IMG/VR virus record: IMGVR_UViG_3300048883_000431
Location: 32,001-96,000 of that record
Strand: one strand, 5' to 3'
Source: a virus
DNA: 64,000 nucleotides
Positions within the stretch are counted from its first letter, which is position 1, and every line of letters begins with the position of its first letter. Position numbers and translations under genes: made by a program. The notes under the pieces are model-generated. The model was not told the origin of the DNA and searched no databases. It saw only the letters and a list, made by a program, of their open reading frames with translations. Positions 8,519 through 18,389 of this stretch are shown one piece after another.

Positions 8519-9649
8519 ATGGCTACTATCTTCTTTGCGAGCGACTGGCTCAAGCGTGTCCTACTTCCACCGGAGGGCACGACTTGGCACGACACACCAC
8601 AGACCGGCTACGGGAATCTCCGAAGCATGGTGCGTAAATGGGCCGACCTTCGCGGGCACACGCTTACCACCGCCCCGGAGGATGCCGACATGGAGATTCT
8701 CGTGGGCGATCCAGGAACTAAGCCTGACCCCCACATGTGGCCGTCTGCCGCCCTCACCATGTTCGAGCAGTCCAGAACCCCCGCCAAGTGGTCGCAGGCA
8801 CTGTCCGGCTGGACCTATGTCCTGCTTCCGTCGACGTGGTGCGTGTCGTGCTTCAAGGAGCAGTTCCATGAGCTAGGGTACTCGGAGGCCGCCGACCGAG
8901 TTCGGCATATACCACTCGGGTTCGTGCCTGAGAACTTCCCCTACGTCGAACGCCCGAGCCGTGACACGTGGACAATCATCGCGCAGGGGGTGGAGCTTCG
9001 GGACCGCAAGGGACTGGAGCACTTCCACGGCATCTTCTCGACTCCGGGGACGTATCCACTCCCAAACGATCTCCGAATCGTAATCAAAATCCTCCCGGTC
9101 GCGGGTGACGGTGTCGTTGTGGACCCCTACCTCTTCGAGTTGGGGAGACTTACGATTAACGCGCGAGTTCTTCCATCGGACGAGTTCCAGACGCTTCTAG
9201 GCAACTGCGACTACTCGGTCAACCCCACCGCCGGGGAGGGGTTCGGACTAATCCCCGTGGAGCACATGTCTACCGGGATGGGGGTATCCGTAACACACTG
9301 GTCGGGGGTGATGGACTATGTTAGGGATGACCTGTTCCGCCCCATTGACTTTAGTCTAGGGCAGGGGCAACTTCCTGGGGCGATGGTGGCAGTCCCCCAC
9401 ATCGACTCGGTCTACGAGAACATCATGTGGAGCTACGAGAACCAGGACGAGGCGCGTCGTCGCGGACGCGTAGGGAGCGACTACGTCAGGGACAACTGGA
9501 CGGTCGAGAGAATGTACACCGCCCTGGATGATCTCGTCACGGACATGCTGCCAATTGACCGGGAGATGAACACACGACGTCGCCCGGTAAGGCACCGCTC
9601 GGACGACGGACTTACTATCCACGAGGACGGAAGGGTTGAGCGCGTATGA
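8519..9649 (+). CDS. GT4-like glycosyltransferase
   Basis: TGYG, DRKG and GEGFGLIPVEHMSTG (E-x7-E motif). Confidence 0.85.
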   Translation: MATIFFASDWLKRVLLPPEGTTWHDTPQTGYGNLRSMVRKWADLRGHTLTTAPEDADMEILVGDPGTKPDPHMWPSAALTMFEQSRTPAKWSQALSGWTYVLLPSTWCVSCFKEQFHELGYSEAADRVRHIPLGFVPENFPYVERPSRDTWTIIAQGVELRDRKGLEHFHGIFSTPGTYPLPNDLRIVIKILPVAGDGVVVDPYLFELGRLTINARVLPSDEFQTLLGNCDYSVNPTAGEGFGLIPVEHMSTGMGVSVTHWSGVMDYVRDDLFRPIDFSLGQGQLPGAMVAVPHIDSVYENIMWSYENQDEARRRGRVGSDYVRDNWTVERMYTALDDLVTDMLPIDREMNTRRRPVRHRSDDGLTIHEDGRVERV

Positions 9650-10644
9650 TCCGACTAGAGCCAGAGTACCCTGACTACGAGGTCATCGTGCCGACCTTCG
9701 AGCGCCCCAAGATGCTCGATGCTTTCCTCGGGCAGGTGCGGCACTGCAACGCCCACAAGCCCCCCAAGCGAGTCATCGTGGTGGACGACGGCTCTTCGCC
9801 GGAGACCGTCGAGAGTACCAAGCGCCTTCGGTCCAAGCACAGCGACGCGGCAATGCGTGTTGCACTCGTCCTACGCGAGGAGCAGGGTGGGTACCAGGCC
9901 GCAACGCGTGACGGACTTTCCCACGTGGAGACCAAGTACGCCGTGGTGTGCGCCGACGATGTTCGTCTGGGGCAGGAGACTAGTCCCGGCGTGTTCTCCT
10001 GCCCGTCGGACCCCAACCCATTCGTAACGCTTGTCTACTACCTGGCGGGCGCGGAGCGCGTCCGAAGCAACATACAGAATGCGGAGGAGGAGGCACGCGT
10101 CCCCTACCCGGTGGGCGTGGTTATCCCTTGGGGGGTGAAGTTGGAGACCCCAGGCACGGTGAGCGCGTCCAATCGGGAGATGTGGTCGCTAAGTGCGGGC
10201 ATCCTCCCACTGGTTACGGACCAGAAGAGTGGTTTTGGCCTCGACGCGCTTGTAGGTGTGGAGGAGCTTGCGTTCTACGAGGGGTCAGTTGGCGCGCACT
10301 ACTGCTTCGCGCTCGACATGAACTACTACCGGTCTCTCGGTGGATTAGACCCGGAGCTCGACGGTCCCAACATGTACTCATTTTGGGACTATACTCTGCG
10401 CGCGAGGAATACAGGGGTTGCGACCTACTTTACGAACCGTGCGGTCTACATGCACCGCACCCAGCCGTACACCAAGCACCGTGCGTCGCTCGCGAACACG
10501 GTTCTCCACGGCAAAACGTCCATACGAACCGGGGAGCTTCTCCTTTCCCGGTGGGAGCGCTATTCGATTGCGGGCCTCAACCGGCCGATAAACCCGCCAC
10601 ACACAGACTTCACGGGGATGATGAACAATGCCTGGAGTGGATGA
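9646..10644 (+). CDS. GT2-family glycosyltransferase
   Basis: VIVPTFERPKML, VIVVDDGS, ADD (DxD-like), LGGLD, WDYTLRAR. Confidence 0.85.
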   Translation: MIRLEPEYPDYEVIVPTFERPKMLDAFLGQVRHCNAHKPPKRVIVVDDGSSPETVESTKRLRSKHSDAAMRVALVLREEQGGYQAATRDGLSHVETKYAVVCADDVRLGQETSPGVFSCPSDPNPFVTLVYYLAGAERVRSNIQNAEEEARVPYPVGVVIPWGVKLETPGTVSASNREMWSLSAGILPLVTDQKSGFGLDALVGVEELAFYEGSVGAHYCFALDMNYYRSLGGLDPELDGPNMYSFWDYTLRARNTGVATYFTNRAVYMHRTQPYTKHRASLANTVLHGKTSIRTGELLLSRWERYSIAGLNRPINPPHTDFTGMMNNAWSG

Positions 10645-11227
10645 CAAAACGGACGCGCCGATTCTGATTGAGGACGACGTGGCGGACACCGCGCCCGTTG
10701 GCGCGAACGACGAACAGCTGGGGCCGGGGATCGACGCGGGAATGCCCACGGACGAAGAGACGGCCGCGCGCGTGCGTAACGCCGGGCTGGTGGACCTGAC
10801 GCAGTCCTTCAACGAGCGCGTGGCGAACGTCCCGCGCGAGTACGAGGTGGGCGGTAAGACCGTCTACATCCACAGCAAGCCTATAGGCGACATCATCCGC
10901 ATCGACGCCGAGGTGATCCGGCTCCAGAAACTGGTCAACACCACGGTGTCAACAGCGGAGGACAACGAGCGACTGGCGGCCGACCCCGACTACCTCGCCG
11001 AGATGTACGACCGCCTCTCCGAGCGCCAGACCCAGATCTGGAATCTCGTCCGCAAGATTATCTGCGGAATTGCCAACGGCCCCGACACGCCGAAGGTCGA
11101 CAAACTCACGCCCACAGACGCGGATCGCATGACGATGGATCAGGCTAACGAAATCATCGAGGCCTACATCCACTATAATGATATTGAGGGTCTGTTAAAA
11201 AACGTGACGGGGGCGAGGAGCTTCTAA
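10628..11227 (+). CDS. tail assembly chaperone (gpG-like)
   Basis: Upstream of the tape measure; slippery heptamer near its 3' end. Confidence 0.7.
   Translation: MPGVDDKTDAPILIEDDVADTAPVGANDEQLGPGIDAGMPTDEETAARVRNAGLVDLTQSFNERVANVPREYEVGGKTVYIHSKPIGDIIRIDAEVIRLQKLVNTTVSTAEDNERLAADPDYLAEMYDRLSERQTQIWNLVRKIICGIANGPDTPKVDKLTPTDADRMTMDQANEIIEAYIHYNDIEGLLKNVTGARSF
11197..11203 (+). promoter_or_regulatory. programmed -1 ribosomal frameshift site A AAA AAC
   Basis: tta aaa aac in frame; the -1 frame is open (KRDGGEELLSKPSPGNRKYDPSFMVTQ...) to 11523. Confidence 0.8.
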
Positions 11228-11523
11228 GCAAACCTTCGCCCGGCAACCGTAAGTACGATCCGTCGTTCATGGTGACGCAGATCGCGAACATCATGGACTG
11301 GCAGCCCTTCTCGTGGCAGACGATCCTGGATGAGTGGCCGTATGCCTCCCTCCAGCTCATCATGTCGCGTGTCGCAGAGAACGTCCGCAAGCAGAACACC
11401 AAGCCTGGTGATCCGGGGTTCACGAGCCTCGACACCAGCAAGTCCGCGTCGCCCGGACAGGTGATGGCTGACCTTGAGGAGCGTGCGATGGTCGCGAATC
11501 CCAACAGCATGGACGAGGGGTAA
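11203..11523 (+). CDS. frameshifted C-terminal extension of the tail chaperone (gpT-like)
   Basis: -1 frame relative to 10628; ends 3 nt before the tape measure ATG. Confidence 0.7.
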   Translation, partial: RDGGEELLSKPSPGNRKYDPSFMVTQIANIMDWQPFSWQTILDEWPYASLQLIMSRVAENVRKQNTKPGDPGFTSLDTSKSASPGQVMADLEERAMVANPNSMDEG

Positions 11524-11526
11524 GCC

Positions 11527-14500
11527 ATGGCGCTAGTCCGCATTGCCATTCAGGCCCACTCGACCGGCTTCGACAAGGCCGCCCGGGACGTCAACCGGGC
11601 GGTCACTGATGCTGAGAACGCTCTCACACAGCACGCTCAGGGTGCCCTTGCGAACCTGGAGCGCCAGGCCGACAATGCGCTCATCGCGGTTCGCGGCGTC
11701 ACCGCCAAAATCTCCCAGGAAGGCAAGATCGAGGACCTCCCCAGGGCCTTTGAAGAGGCCACGAGGACGTTCAAGGACTTCGCGGAAGCGAGCCGTGGCG
11801 GTGTCCAGAACCTGAAGCTGATGAAGCAGACGATCAACGGCATCACCTTCGAGTTCGATGCCATGGCGAATGCTGCCGAGAACGTCGGACGCACGTTCAC
11901 CGCCGCCGGTCAGAAGGCCGTCGACCAGGCACGCGACCAGCTTGAGCTCGAAGAGAAGATCATCCGGGCCAGGGAGCGCTCGGCGCAGGCGTTCACCGCC
12001 TCACGCGCGCAGATCGACCGGGCGGGCGGCGTCCTTGCCAGTGACATGGGCCAGCAGGCGGCCATCAACGATCCCGCCGTCCAGGCCGCGCGTATCGCCT
12101 CGGGACAGGCGCGTGCGCGTCAGACCACCGCAGCGGATGCGCTCGCCGTCGGTCAAGGAACCATCGGCAGGGGGGAGCACGTCGCGGATGTACGGAAGGA
12201 GATTCGGGTACAGACCGAGCTCAACCGGAAGATGGCGAAGGCCCTCGCTCTCCAGGAGCAGCTCAACGACGCGTTCAACTTCGGGAACCGCACCGCCGCG
12301 ACCCGCGCAAAGACCAAGGCGCTCAACAAGCAGAACGTCGAGCTACGTGAAGGACAGGATCGTGTGGTGGCGCTTCGGAAGGCGGTCGTCAGCCTCGACC
12401 GTGTGCTGGAGGAGGGGGACACCGAGGTAGACGCCCTCACCCACAGCATGGAGTTCCTTACGGCCGAGTCGGGAAAGGCCGCCAAGAAGCTGGCGTCGCT
12501 CCAGATCGCACTGGACCGTCTGAATGTAAAGGGCGGGGGGTCGAAGGTAGACCGGCAGGCGCTGAAGGAGAAGATCGAAGAGCAGCAGGCTCTCCTCCGG
12601 TCGATTGAGAAGGTGCGTCGGACTGGACTGGGCGGGAGCATTCCGGGGCCTGGCGCGCGTCCCTTCGGCGACCTTGAGTCCAAGAGCCTCCGGGAGCTCC
12701 AGGTCGAGATCGACAAGCTCGACAAGAAGAACCAGAAGGCCGCCGATAGCACGCAGGAACTCAGGACTGAGATTCACGAGCTTCGCGGGGAGGAGCTGGA
12801 GAAGGCCGACGAGGCCGTTCGTGTGCTGGACCGTCGGCTGACGGACGTGGCCGAGACGATTGAGACCAAGGACGTCACCGCGCTCAGGAAGCTCGAACTC
12901 GCACTCGAACGGTCGTCCAAGGAATTCGACGATCTCAGGATCAAGGCTGACAAGGCCGAGGACAAGCTGCGCATCGCGCTCGAAGCGGGTATCGAGGAGC
13001 CCGCGCGCCAGGCGGAGAAGGAACTCAAGGACCTGGAGAAGCAGCTCGACAGGGTGACGACTGCGGGGGAGCGCACCACGCGTGAGATGCGCGAGCTTGC
13101 GTTGTCGACCATCCGCTCCGGCGGTGACGTATCGAACATCGACGCGCCCGGCTTTCGGAAGGAGGGAACGGGCGGTGGGCGTGGGGGCGGTGGGCGTGCC
13201 CAGCGTGGTACCGTAGACTTCACCGACGTCAAGAGGGAGGTGGATAAGAAGAACCCCTTCGGCGGGTTCTCCCGATTCGGTTCCAAGGTCCTCATCATCA
13301 CCGGGCTGGTGTACACCGCGCTCGGTCTCGCGCAGGCCGCCTTCCGTGGGTTCACGTTCGCGGCTAACTCCGTGGCTAAGGCGGAACGATTCAGCGACAC
13401 CCTGAACACCTACATCAATCTTTCGGAGGAGTCCGGGACCGGACTCGAATCCCTCGGGCGCGTGTTCAACGCACTGGGCGGTACCGTCGACCGCTTCTCG
13501 GTAGTCACGGCGGCCGCGAAGGCGCGCATGTCGGGACTGGCCGAGGAGACCATCCCGCAGATCGCGCAGGCGGCGCGTATCCTGTCGCGCGCGGTGGGTG
13601 TTGAGGTGACCGAGGCGTTTGACCGCCTGTCACGTGGTATCGCGAAGCAGGAAGTTGAGATTCTCGACGAACTCGGGATCATCGTGCGCCTGAACGACGC
13701 CCTGGAGAAGTGGGCGTTGAAGAACGGACGCACCGTGGAGAGCCTGAGCGCGCAGGAGCGACAGGTCGCCTTCGCGAACGAGGTGCTTGGTGTTCTTGCC
13801 GCACGGTACGCCCAGATCGGCACGCAGATGACCCGGACGTCCGACAAGCTGGACATCTTCAAGGCGCGCTGGGCCGACCTCAGCATCACGATGTCCCACG
13901 GACTGCGTGGCTGGGCCGCCGTTGGGCTTGGGCTCGGGAACTTCGCCGCGAACATCCTTGAGGGCGTCTTCCCGGCCACGCTGAAGATGAAGACCCGGAT
14001 GGAGCTACTGGATTCGGTTGTCCAGAACTTCGGGACGAGTCTAGAGGGTGTGATGGGGCGTAGGGGTACCATCGCGGACGCCATCGCCCAGATCGAGCTG
14101 ATGTCCGCCGGTATTCGTGCGGCGTCTCCTGGGAGCCTCCTCTATCAGGAGCGTCTTGACGAGATGAACCGTGTGCTCGGTAAGATGGTGGTCACGTTCC
14201 CCGAGCTCAACACCGTGATCCGAAGCACGAACTTCCTGCTCAAGGGAAGCACCGACGAGCTACGCAACTCCTTGATCGTCCTTCAGTCCGAGTTCGAGGT
14301 TCTGAGGAAGGCGTCGAATGAGAAGCGCGGCAAGGCGTTCGCCTCCCTGCAGCTTGAGATCGTAATTCTTACCGAGCAGCTCCAGGGCGCAATCGAGAAA
14401 AGAGACGATCTTTTCTTATCAGCCCCATTTGAGTTCAAGGCCATGGCGAAGGCCCGCAACGAGGTAGCCCTCCTGACGAACGAGCTCTCGTCGCTCCAGG

Positions 14501-17500
14501 GGATGTTCGGGGGCGGGAACCTCACTGGCGCGAAGCTGGGTCCCGTTGGCGAGGCGGCGCTCACCAACCTGACTCAGATTTTCCAGGGACTCGACGTGGG
14601 CACACGTCTCGGTGGGGTCGGGGGTGTGGACAGCGACCAGCGGAAGCGCGTGGCGAACCGAGTCGAGCAGTTGATGAGCTCGCTGGGTCCATCGGTGGAG
14701 CAGGGCATCCTGACGGAAAGAGCGGCGGAAGGTATTCGCGGGCAGTCCGTGGCCTTCATCTCGGGGGATCGAAACGAGGCGATGCGCGCCGTCAGCCAGA
14801 TGCTCGACATCCTCTCAGAGGGCGTGGAGAACGCGGCCCCCGACGCGACCAAGGCGTTCATGTTCGACCTCTTCAATGACCTCCGGGAGTCGGCCCTCCG
14901 TGCATTCGTCGACGCCGGGGGAAGAACCGGGGGAAGCGGCCTCGACCCGACCAAGACCCTGAAGGAGATCATCGAGTCGCGGCGTCCCGGCGGGCAGCGT
15001 TCCTTTGACATTCCCATACCCTTCACCGAGGCGTCGCGGCGCGGGCGCGCTGCGCTCAGTGGCAGTATCGTGCCCCTGGGCGGCATCAAGGCCGCGACGG
15101 CGCAGGCAACGCTGGCCGAGACGCTGGCGAAAATGGTCATCGAGGGCGAGGGTATCGCCAAGTCCAACACGGAACTACAGGGACTCACGGCGGCGTTCAT
15201 CAAGGGTGAGCGTGCGAGGCTCGCCCAAGAAATCCTCGACATCAGGGAGCTCACGCAGCTCAAGGTCACTGCCAAGGAGCAGGCCATTGAGGAAGCGCGC
15301 ATCACGGAGCTCATCAGGAAGGCCACCACGAAGTCTAAGCAGACCGAGCTCGACATCTCCGAGACGACCAACAGTATCATCCGCAACCGGGTGAGCACGT
15401 TCGCGCAGTCCGCTGGTAACCGTCCGGTGGGTAAGCTGGGTAAGGTCGTCGAGGGACTCCAAGCGGATGTCCTGACTCGCGAGGGCGACCTGAGCGCCCA
15501 AGTCCTCGCCGCACAGCAGAAGGAAGTCGAGGCACGCCTCGCCTCGGAGTCCGCCACAGCACGTAAGGCGGTCGCCGACTTCCAGGCCACCATCTCGACC
15601 ACCGTCAAGGGGTTCACCGAGGAGCTGTCCGACCTACGCGCGGCGATCCGCGAGAGCGACAACGAGACCGGCGAGACGGTCACCGCCCTCTCCGACGGCA
15701 TCACGGAGATGACGGAACTTCAGACGCGTGCGGCTGCTAAGGCCAAGGAGCTGGAGACGCTGATCACCAACGACCTCTCCAAACTGATGACCGGCGACAT
15801 CCCGGCCGCCGTGAAGGCGATGCTAACGACCCTGTTCGCCGTCACCGACACCGTGGGCGACGATGTGCGTGCGCGTGAGTCCCGGTTCCCGGCTCTGTTC
15901 CGCGCTGGCAGCACCGGCTCCGAATCGTCCCTGCGGAACCTCGGCGACGCGCGTACGCGCACGGCCGACAAGCAGGGCGACTTCGCACGACTGTTCAATC
16001 TCACCGGCTTGGGCGACATCTCGGGAATCTCGGGACTGTCCGCCGGGCGGCGTCAGCTCGAAACGCAGGCCAGTGGATTCGAGAACGCGGCGGGGCCGCT
16101 GCGCAAGGTCGCAGACCTGGGCGAGGCTCGTGCGGCGAAGGTCCTGGACCTAATGAACCAGGCGACCAGGGCCGGTAGGGGACAGGGCGACGAGTTCATG
16201 GAGCTCGCCAACATCTACAATTCCCTAGAGGAAGAGTCCGAAAAGCTCCGAGAGGAGTTGGCAGCCCTACAGGTGCAGGCGGACGCGACGCGCGTCACGG
16301 GAACCGACCTTCTGGCGGATTCGGCAACGCGACTTGCGGGAGCCCTCGGAACGAACGCAGCCCGCGCAGCGCGGGAAGCATCCCGTAGCCTGGAGGCACT
16401 CACCGGCACCCCGGAGAAGATGGACCGTCTCCGCGCGATCATGGGCGGACGGGCAGCGGACGTCTCCGCGAACCTCGGCGGACGTGGGGATGAGTTTGCG
16501 TTCGGGTCGCCCGCCGAGGTCGACCGCCGCCGCCTTACCCTGGAGACCCAGGTCGAGCAGCTCACGAAGCGGCGCGACGCACTCATCACGAGCACGCGGA
16601 CTGCCAAGGAAGGCGGCGCGTCGAGCGAGTCTCTGAGCGGCGTACGCGCCCAGACACACGAGTTGTCGCGCCAAATCCTGACCCGTCAGGTGATCTTGGA
16701 CGACCTTCTCGTCCAGTCGGACGCTATCCGCGCTTCCATCGTCGCTGGTGACTTCGCCAAGCTCGACATGGACATCCAGAAGGTCGTGGAGTCGGGGAGC
16801 GTCGAGACCATTACCCGCAACATGGGCTTCCTCAACGATGTCCTCGACGAGATGAACGACTTGACCGATGACGAGCGTGGCGGGATCAAGAAGCTGATCG
16901 ACGATCTCGATGGCGCGAAGAAGGCTGCACAGAACGCACGCGAACTCGCCGACGAACTCAAGCGCATCAAGAGTGTGTCGTCCGCCCGACAGGGCGCAAT
17001 ACGCGCCGTGGGCAGTGTGGCTGGCGGGAGGGCCGGTAGTGTGCTTGGCTCGATTGCGGGCATCGTGGGGGGCGTTACCTCGTTCTCCAGCATCGCGGCT
17101 ACGCGCACGGCGTCCCACGAGAGTAACCTCGCCGAGCGGGACGCCGGAACAATCAACCAGGGAACCTTCACCAACAACGAGTCCGCCATCAACACTGTCG
17201 CCACCATGGGCAAGATCGCGGCCGGGGCGGAGCTTGTCGGGCAGGGCATCAGCATCGCCACCACGGCCTGGTCGATGTTCAACGCGCGTGCTGAGGCAGC
17301 CAAGCAGAAGGTGCGTGAGATTCAGGAAGCCGCCAACGCGATGGGTGACGCCATCGCAGGTGGCATCGCGGCGGGCTTTGATGAGGGAGCGCAGTCGTTC
17401 GACGACTTCATGCGCAACTTCCTCCTGAACGAGTTTAGAACGAACCTCGCGGAGACTGTGCTGGAGACGTCAGGGATACGCGCGTTCACCGACGACCTGG

Positions 17501-18195
17501 CGGCCACCAAGACCCTCCTCGCGGATACGACCGACAGGGTTGACGAAATCCTTGTGCAAAACAAGGGACTCAACAAGTCCATCACCCCGGACGTCCTGAC
17601 TAACCTCAGCAAACTGGACCCGGCACTACTGCAGAACGCTAAGAACCTCACGGCACTCCAACGCCTAACCATCCTCAAGAACGCGGGGGCCGTACTACCA
17701 CAGAATGAGTTCGGGGATACGATCCCCCAGGGGACGACGGAATTCCTACAGACCCTCGGAAACGAGTTGGCCACGCGTGCGAAGCTCGGTGGGCAGCTCC
17801 AGGACGCGGCCGGGGAGGTCGAGGGGTTCAGCGAGGCCATCGCGGGTGTCCAGCCGATCTTCGACGGGTTCCGGGAGGCGCTGGGACTGAGCACTGGCGC
17901 GGTGAAGGGCGTGTCCGAGATCGCGACGTCCACGTTCCGCGCTGTCACCGAGCCACAGGCGAACCTGTTGCTCAGTGCCACCATCGAGATGCGCGACCTG
18001 CAGGTCCAGATCGAGTTCAACACACGGCGCACTGCGGAGGTCCTCACACACGACATCCTCGGCGCGCTGTTGGCGAACGGGTTCAACGCGGGCGCAAGAG
18101 AGCCAGAGGACGTTCCGACAACCCCCGCAAACCTGAAGCTCGGTGACCTGAAGCAGGGGGCCGAGCAGGTCCAGAACGGTCAGGGAGTCCTCTGA
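11527..18195 (+). CDS. tape measure protein (2222 aa)
   Basis: Very long Ala/Glu-rich helical ORF after the chaperone; GIAKQEVEILDELGI TMP motif; hydrophobic segments. Confidence 0.92.
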   Translation: MALVRIAIQAHSTGFDKAARDVNRAVTDAENALTQHAQGALANLERQADNALIAVRGVTAKISQEGKIEDLPRAFEEATRTFKDFAEASRGGVQNLKLMKQTINGITFEFDAMANAAENVGRTFTAAGQKAVDQARDQLELEEKIIRARERSAQAFTASRAQIDRAGGVLASDMGQQAAINDPAVQAARIASGQARARQTTAADALAVGQGTIGRGEHVADVRKEIRVQTELNRKMAKALALQEQLNDAFNFGNRTAATRAKTKALNKQNVELREGQDRVVALRKAVVSLDRVLEEGDTEVDALTHSMEFLTAESGKAAKKLASLQIALDRLNVKGGGSKVDRQALKEKIEEQQALLRSIEKVRRTGLGGSIPGPGARPFGDLESKSLRELQVEIDKLDKKNQKAADSTQELRTEIHELRGEELEKADEAVRVLDRRLTDVAETIETKDVTALRKLELALERSSKEFDDLRIKADKAEDKLRIALEAGIEEPARQAEKELKDLEKQLDRVTTAGERTTREMRELALSTIRSGGDVSNIDAPGFRKEGTGGGRGGGGRAQRGTVDFTDVKREVDKKNPFGGFSRFGSKVLIITGLVYTALGLAQAAFRGFTFAANSVAKAERFSDTLNTYINLSEESGTGLESLGRVFNALGGTVDRFSVVTAAAKARMSGLAEETIPQIAQAARILSRAVGVEVTEAFDRLSRGIAKQEVEILDELGIIVRLNDALEKWALKNGRTVESLSAQERQVAFANEVLGVLAARYAQIGTQMTRTSDKLDIFKARWADLSITMSHGLRGWAAVGLGLGNFAANILEGVFPATLKMKTRMELLDSVVQNFGTSLEGVMGRRGTIADAIAQIELMSAGIRAASPGSLLYQERLDEMNRVLGKMVVTFPELNTVIRSTNFLLKGSTDELRNSLIVLQSEFEVLRKASNEKRGKAFASLQLEIVILTEQLQGAIEKRDDLFLSAPFEFKAMAKARNEVALLTNELSSLQGMFGGGNLTGAKLGPVGEAALTNLTQIFQGLDVGTRLGGVGGVDSDQRKRVANRVEQLMSSLGPSVEQGILTERAAEGIRGQSVAFISGDRNEAMRAVSQMLDILSEGVENAAPDATKAFMFDLFNDLRESALRAFVDAGGRTGGSGLDPTKTLKEIIESRRPGGQRSFDIPIPFTEASRRGRAALSGSIVPLGGIKAATAQATLAETLAKMVIEGEGIAKSNTELQGLTAAFIKGERARLAQEILDIRELTQLKVTAKEQAIEEARITELIRKATTKSKQTELDISETTNSIIRNRVSTFAQSAGNRPVGKLGKVVEGLQADVLTREGDLSAQVLAAQQKEVEARLASESATARKAVADFQATISTTVKGFTEELSDLRAAIRESDNETGETVTALSDGITEMTELQTRAAAKAKELETLITNDLSKLMTGDIPAAVKAMLTTLFAVTDTVGDDVRARESRFPALFRAGSTGSESSLRNLGDARTRTADKQGDFARLFNLTGLGDISGISGLSAGRRQLETQASGFENAAGPLRKVADLGEARAAKVLDLMNQATRAGRGQGDEFMELANIYNSLEEESEKLREELAALQVQADATRVTGTDLLADSATRLAGALGTNAARAAREASRSLEALTGTPEKMDRLRAIMGGRAADVSANLGGRGDEFAFGSPAEVDRRRLTLETQVEQLTKRRDALITSTRTAKEGGASSESLSGVRAQTHELSRQILTRQVILDDLLVQSDAIRASIVAGDFAKLDMDIQKVVESGSVETITRNMGFLNDVLDEMNDLTDDERGGIKKLIDDLDGAKKAAQNARELADELKRIKSVSSARQGAIRAVGSVAGGRAGSVLGSIAGIVGGVTSFSSIAATRTASHESNLAERDAGTINQGTFTNNESAINTVATMGKIAAGAELVGQGISIATTAWSMFNARAEAAKQKVREIQEAANAMGDAIAGGIAAGFDEGAQSFDDFMRNFLLNEFRTNLAETVLETSGIRAFTDDLAATKTLLADTTDRVDEILVQNKGLNKSITPDVLTNLSKLDPALLQNAKNLTALQRLTILKNAGAVLPQNEFGDTIPQGTTEFLQTLGNELATRAKLGGQLQDAAGEVEGFSEAIAGVQPIFDGFREALGLSTGAVKGVSEIATSTFRAVTEPQANLLLSATIEMRDLQVQIEFNTRRTAEVLTHDILGALLANGFNAGAREPEDVPTTPANLKLGDLKQGAEQVQNGQGVL

Positions 18196-18216
18196 ACTCC
18201 GCCGTCTAACCTGGAG

Positions 18217-18245
18217 TTCGCAAAACGGAGCGCGCGTGCTATAAT
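18217..18245 (+). promoter_or_regulatory. promoter for tail-tip genes
   Basis: TTCGCA, 17 nt, TATAAT with extended TG; preceded by GAACTCC/GGAGTTC hairpin (18194-18219). Confidence 0.6.
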
Positions 18246-18302
18246 AGATGGGGGACAGTCGCCAGTGGCCTTGCCCGAAACACCTTGTATGGGAGTTGTC
18301 CA

Positions 18303-18389
18303 ATGGCGAGTCCAGAGGAACGCGACGTTGTCGTAAACCAGATCACGGTGCCTACGTTCACCGCAGATGTATGGAATGAGTTGTCGTAA
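18303..18389 (+). CDS. 28-aa micro-ORF MASPEERDVVVNQITVPTFTADVWNELS
   Basis: GGGAG RBS; its TAA overlaps the ATG of the next gene (TAATG). Confidence 0.45.
   Translation: MASPEERDVVVNQITVPTFTADVWNELS

Noticed and set aside
11543-18303. Many long antisense/alternate-frame ORFs over the tape measure and other genes
   Set aside because: Shadow ORFs expected in high-GC3 DNA; no RBS or motifs
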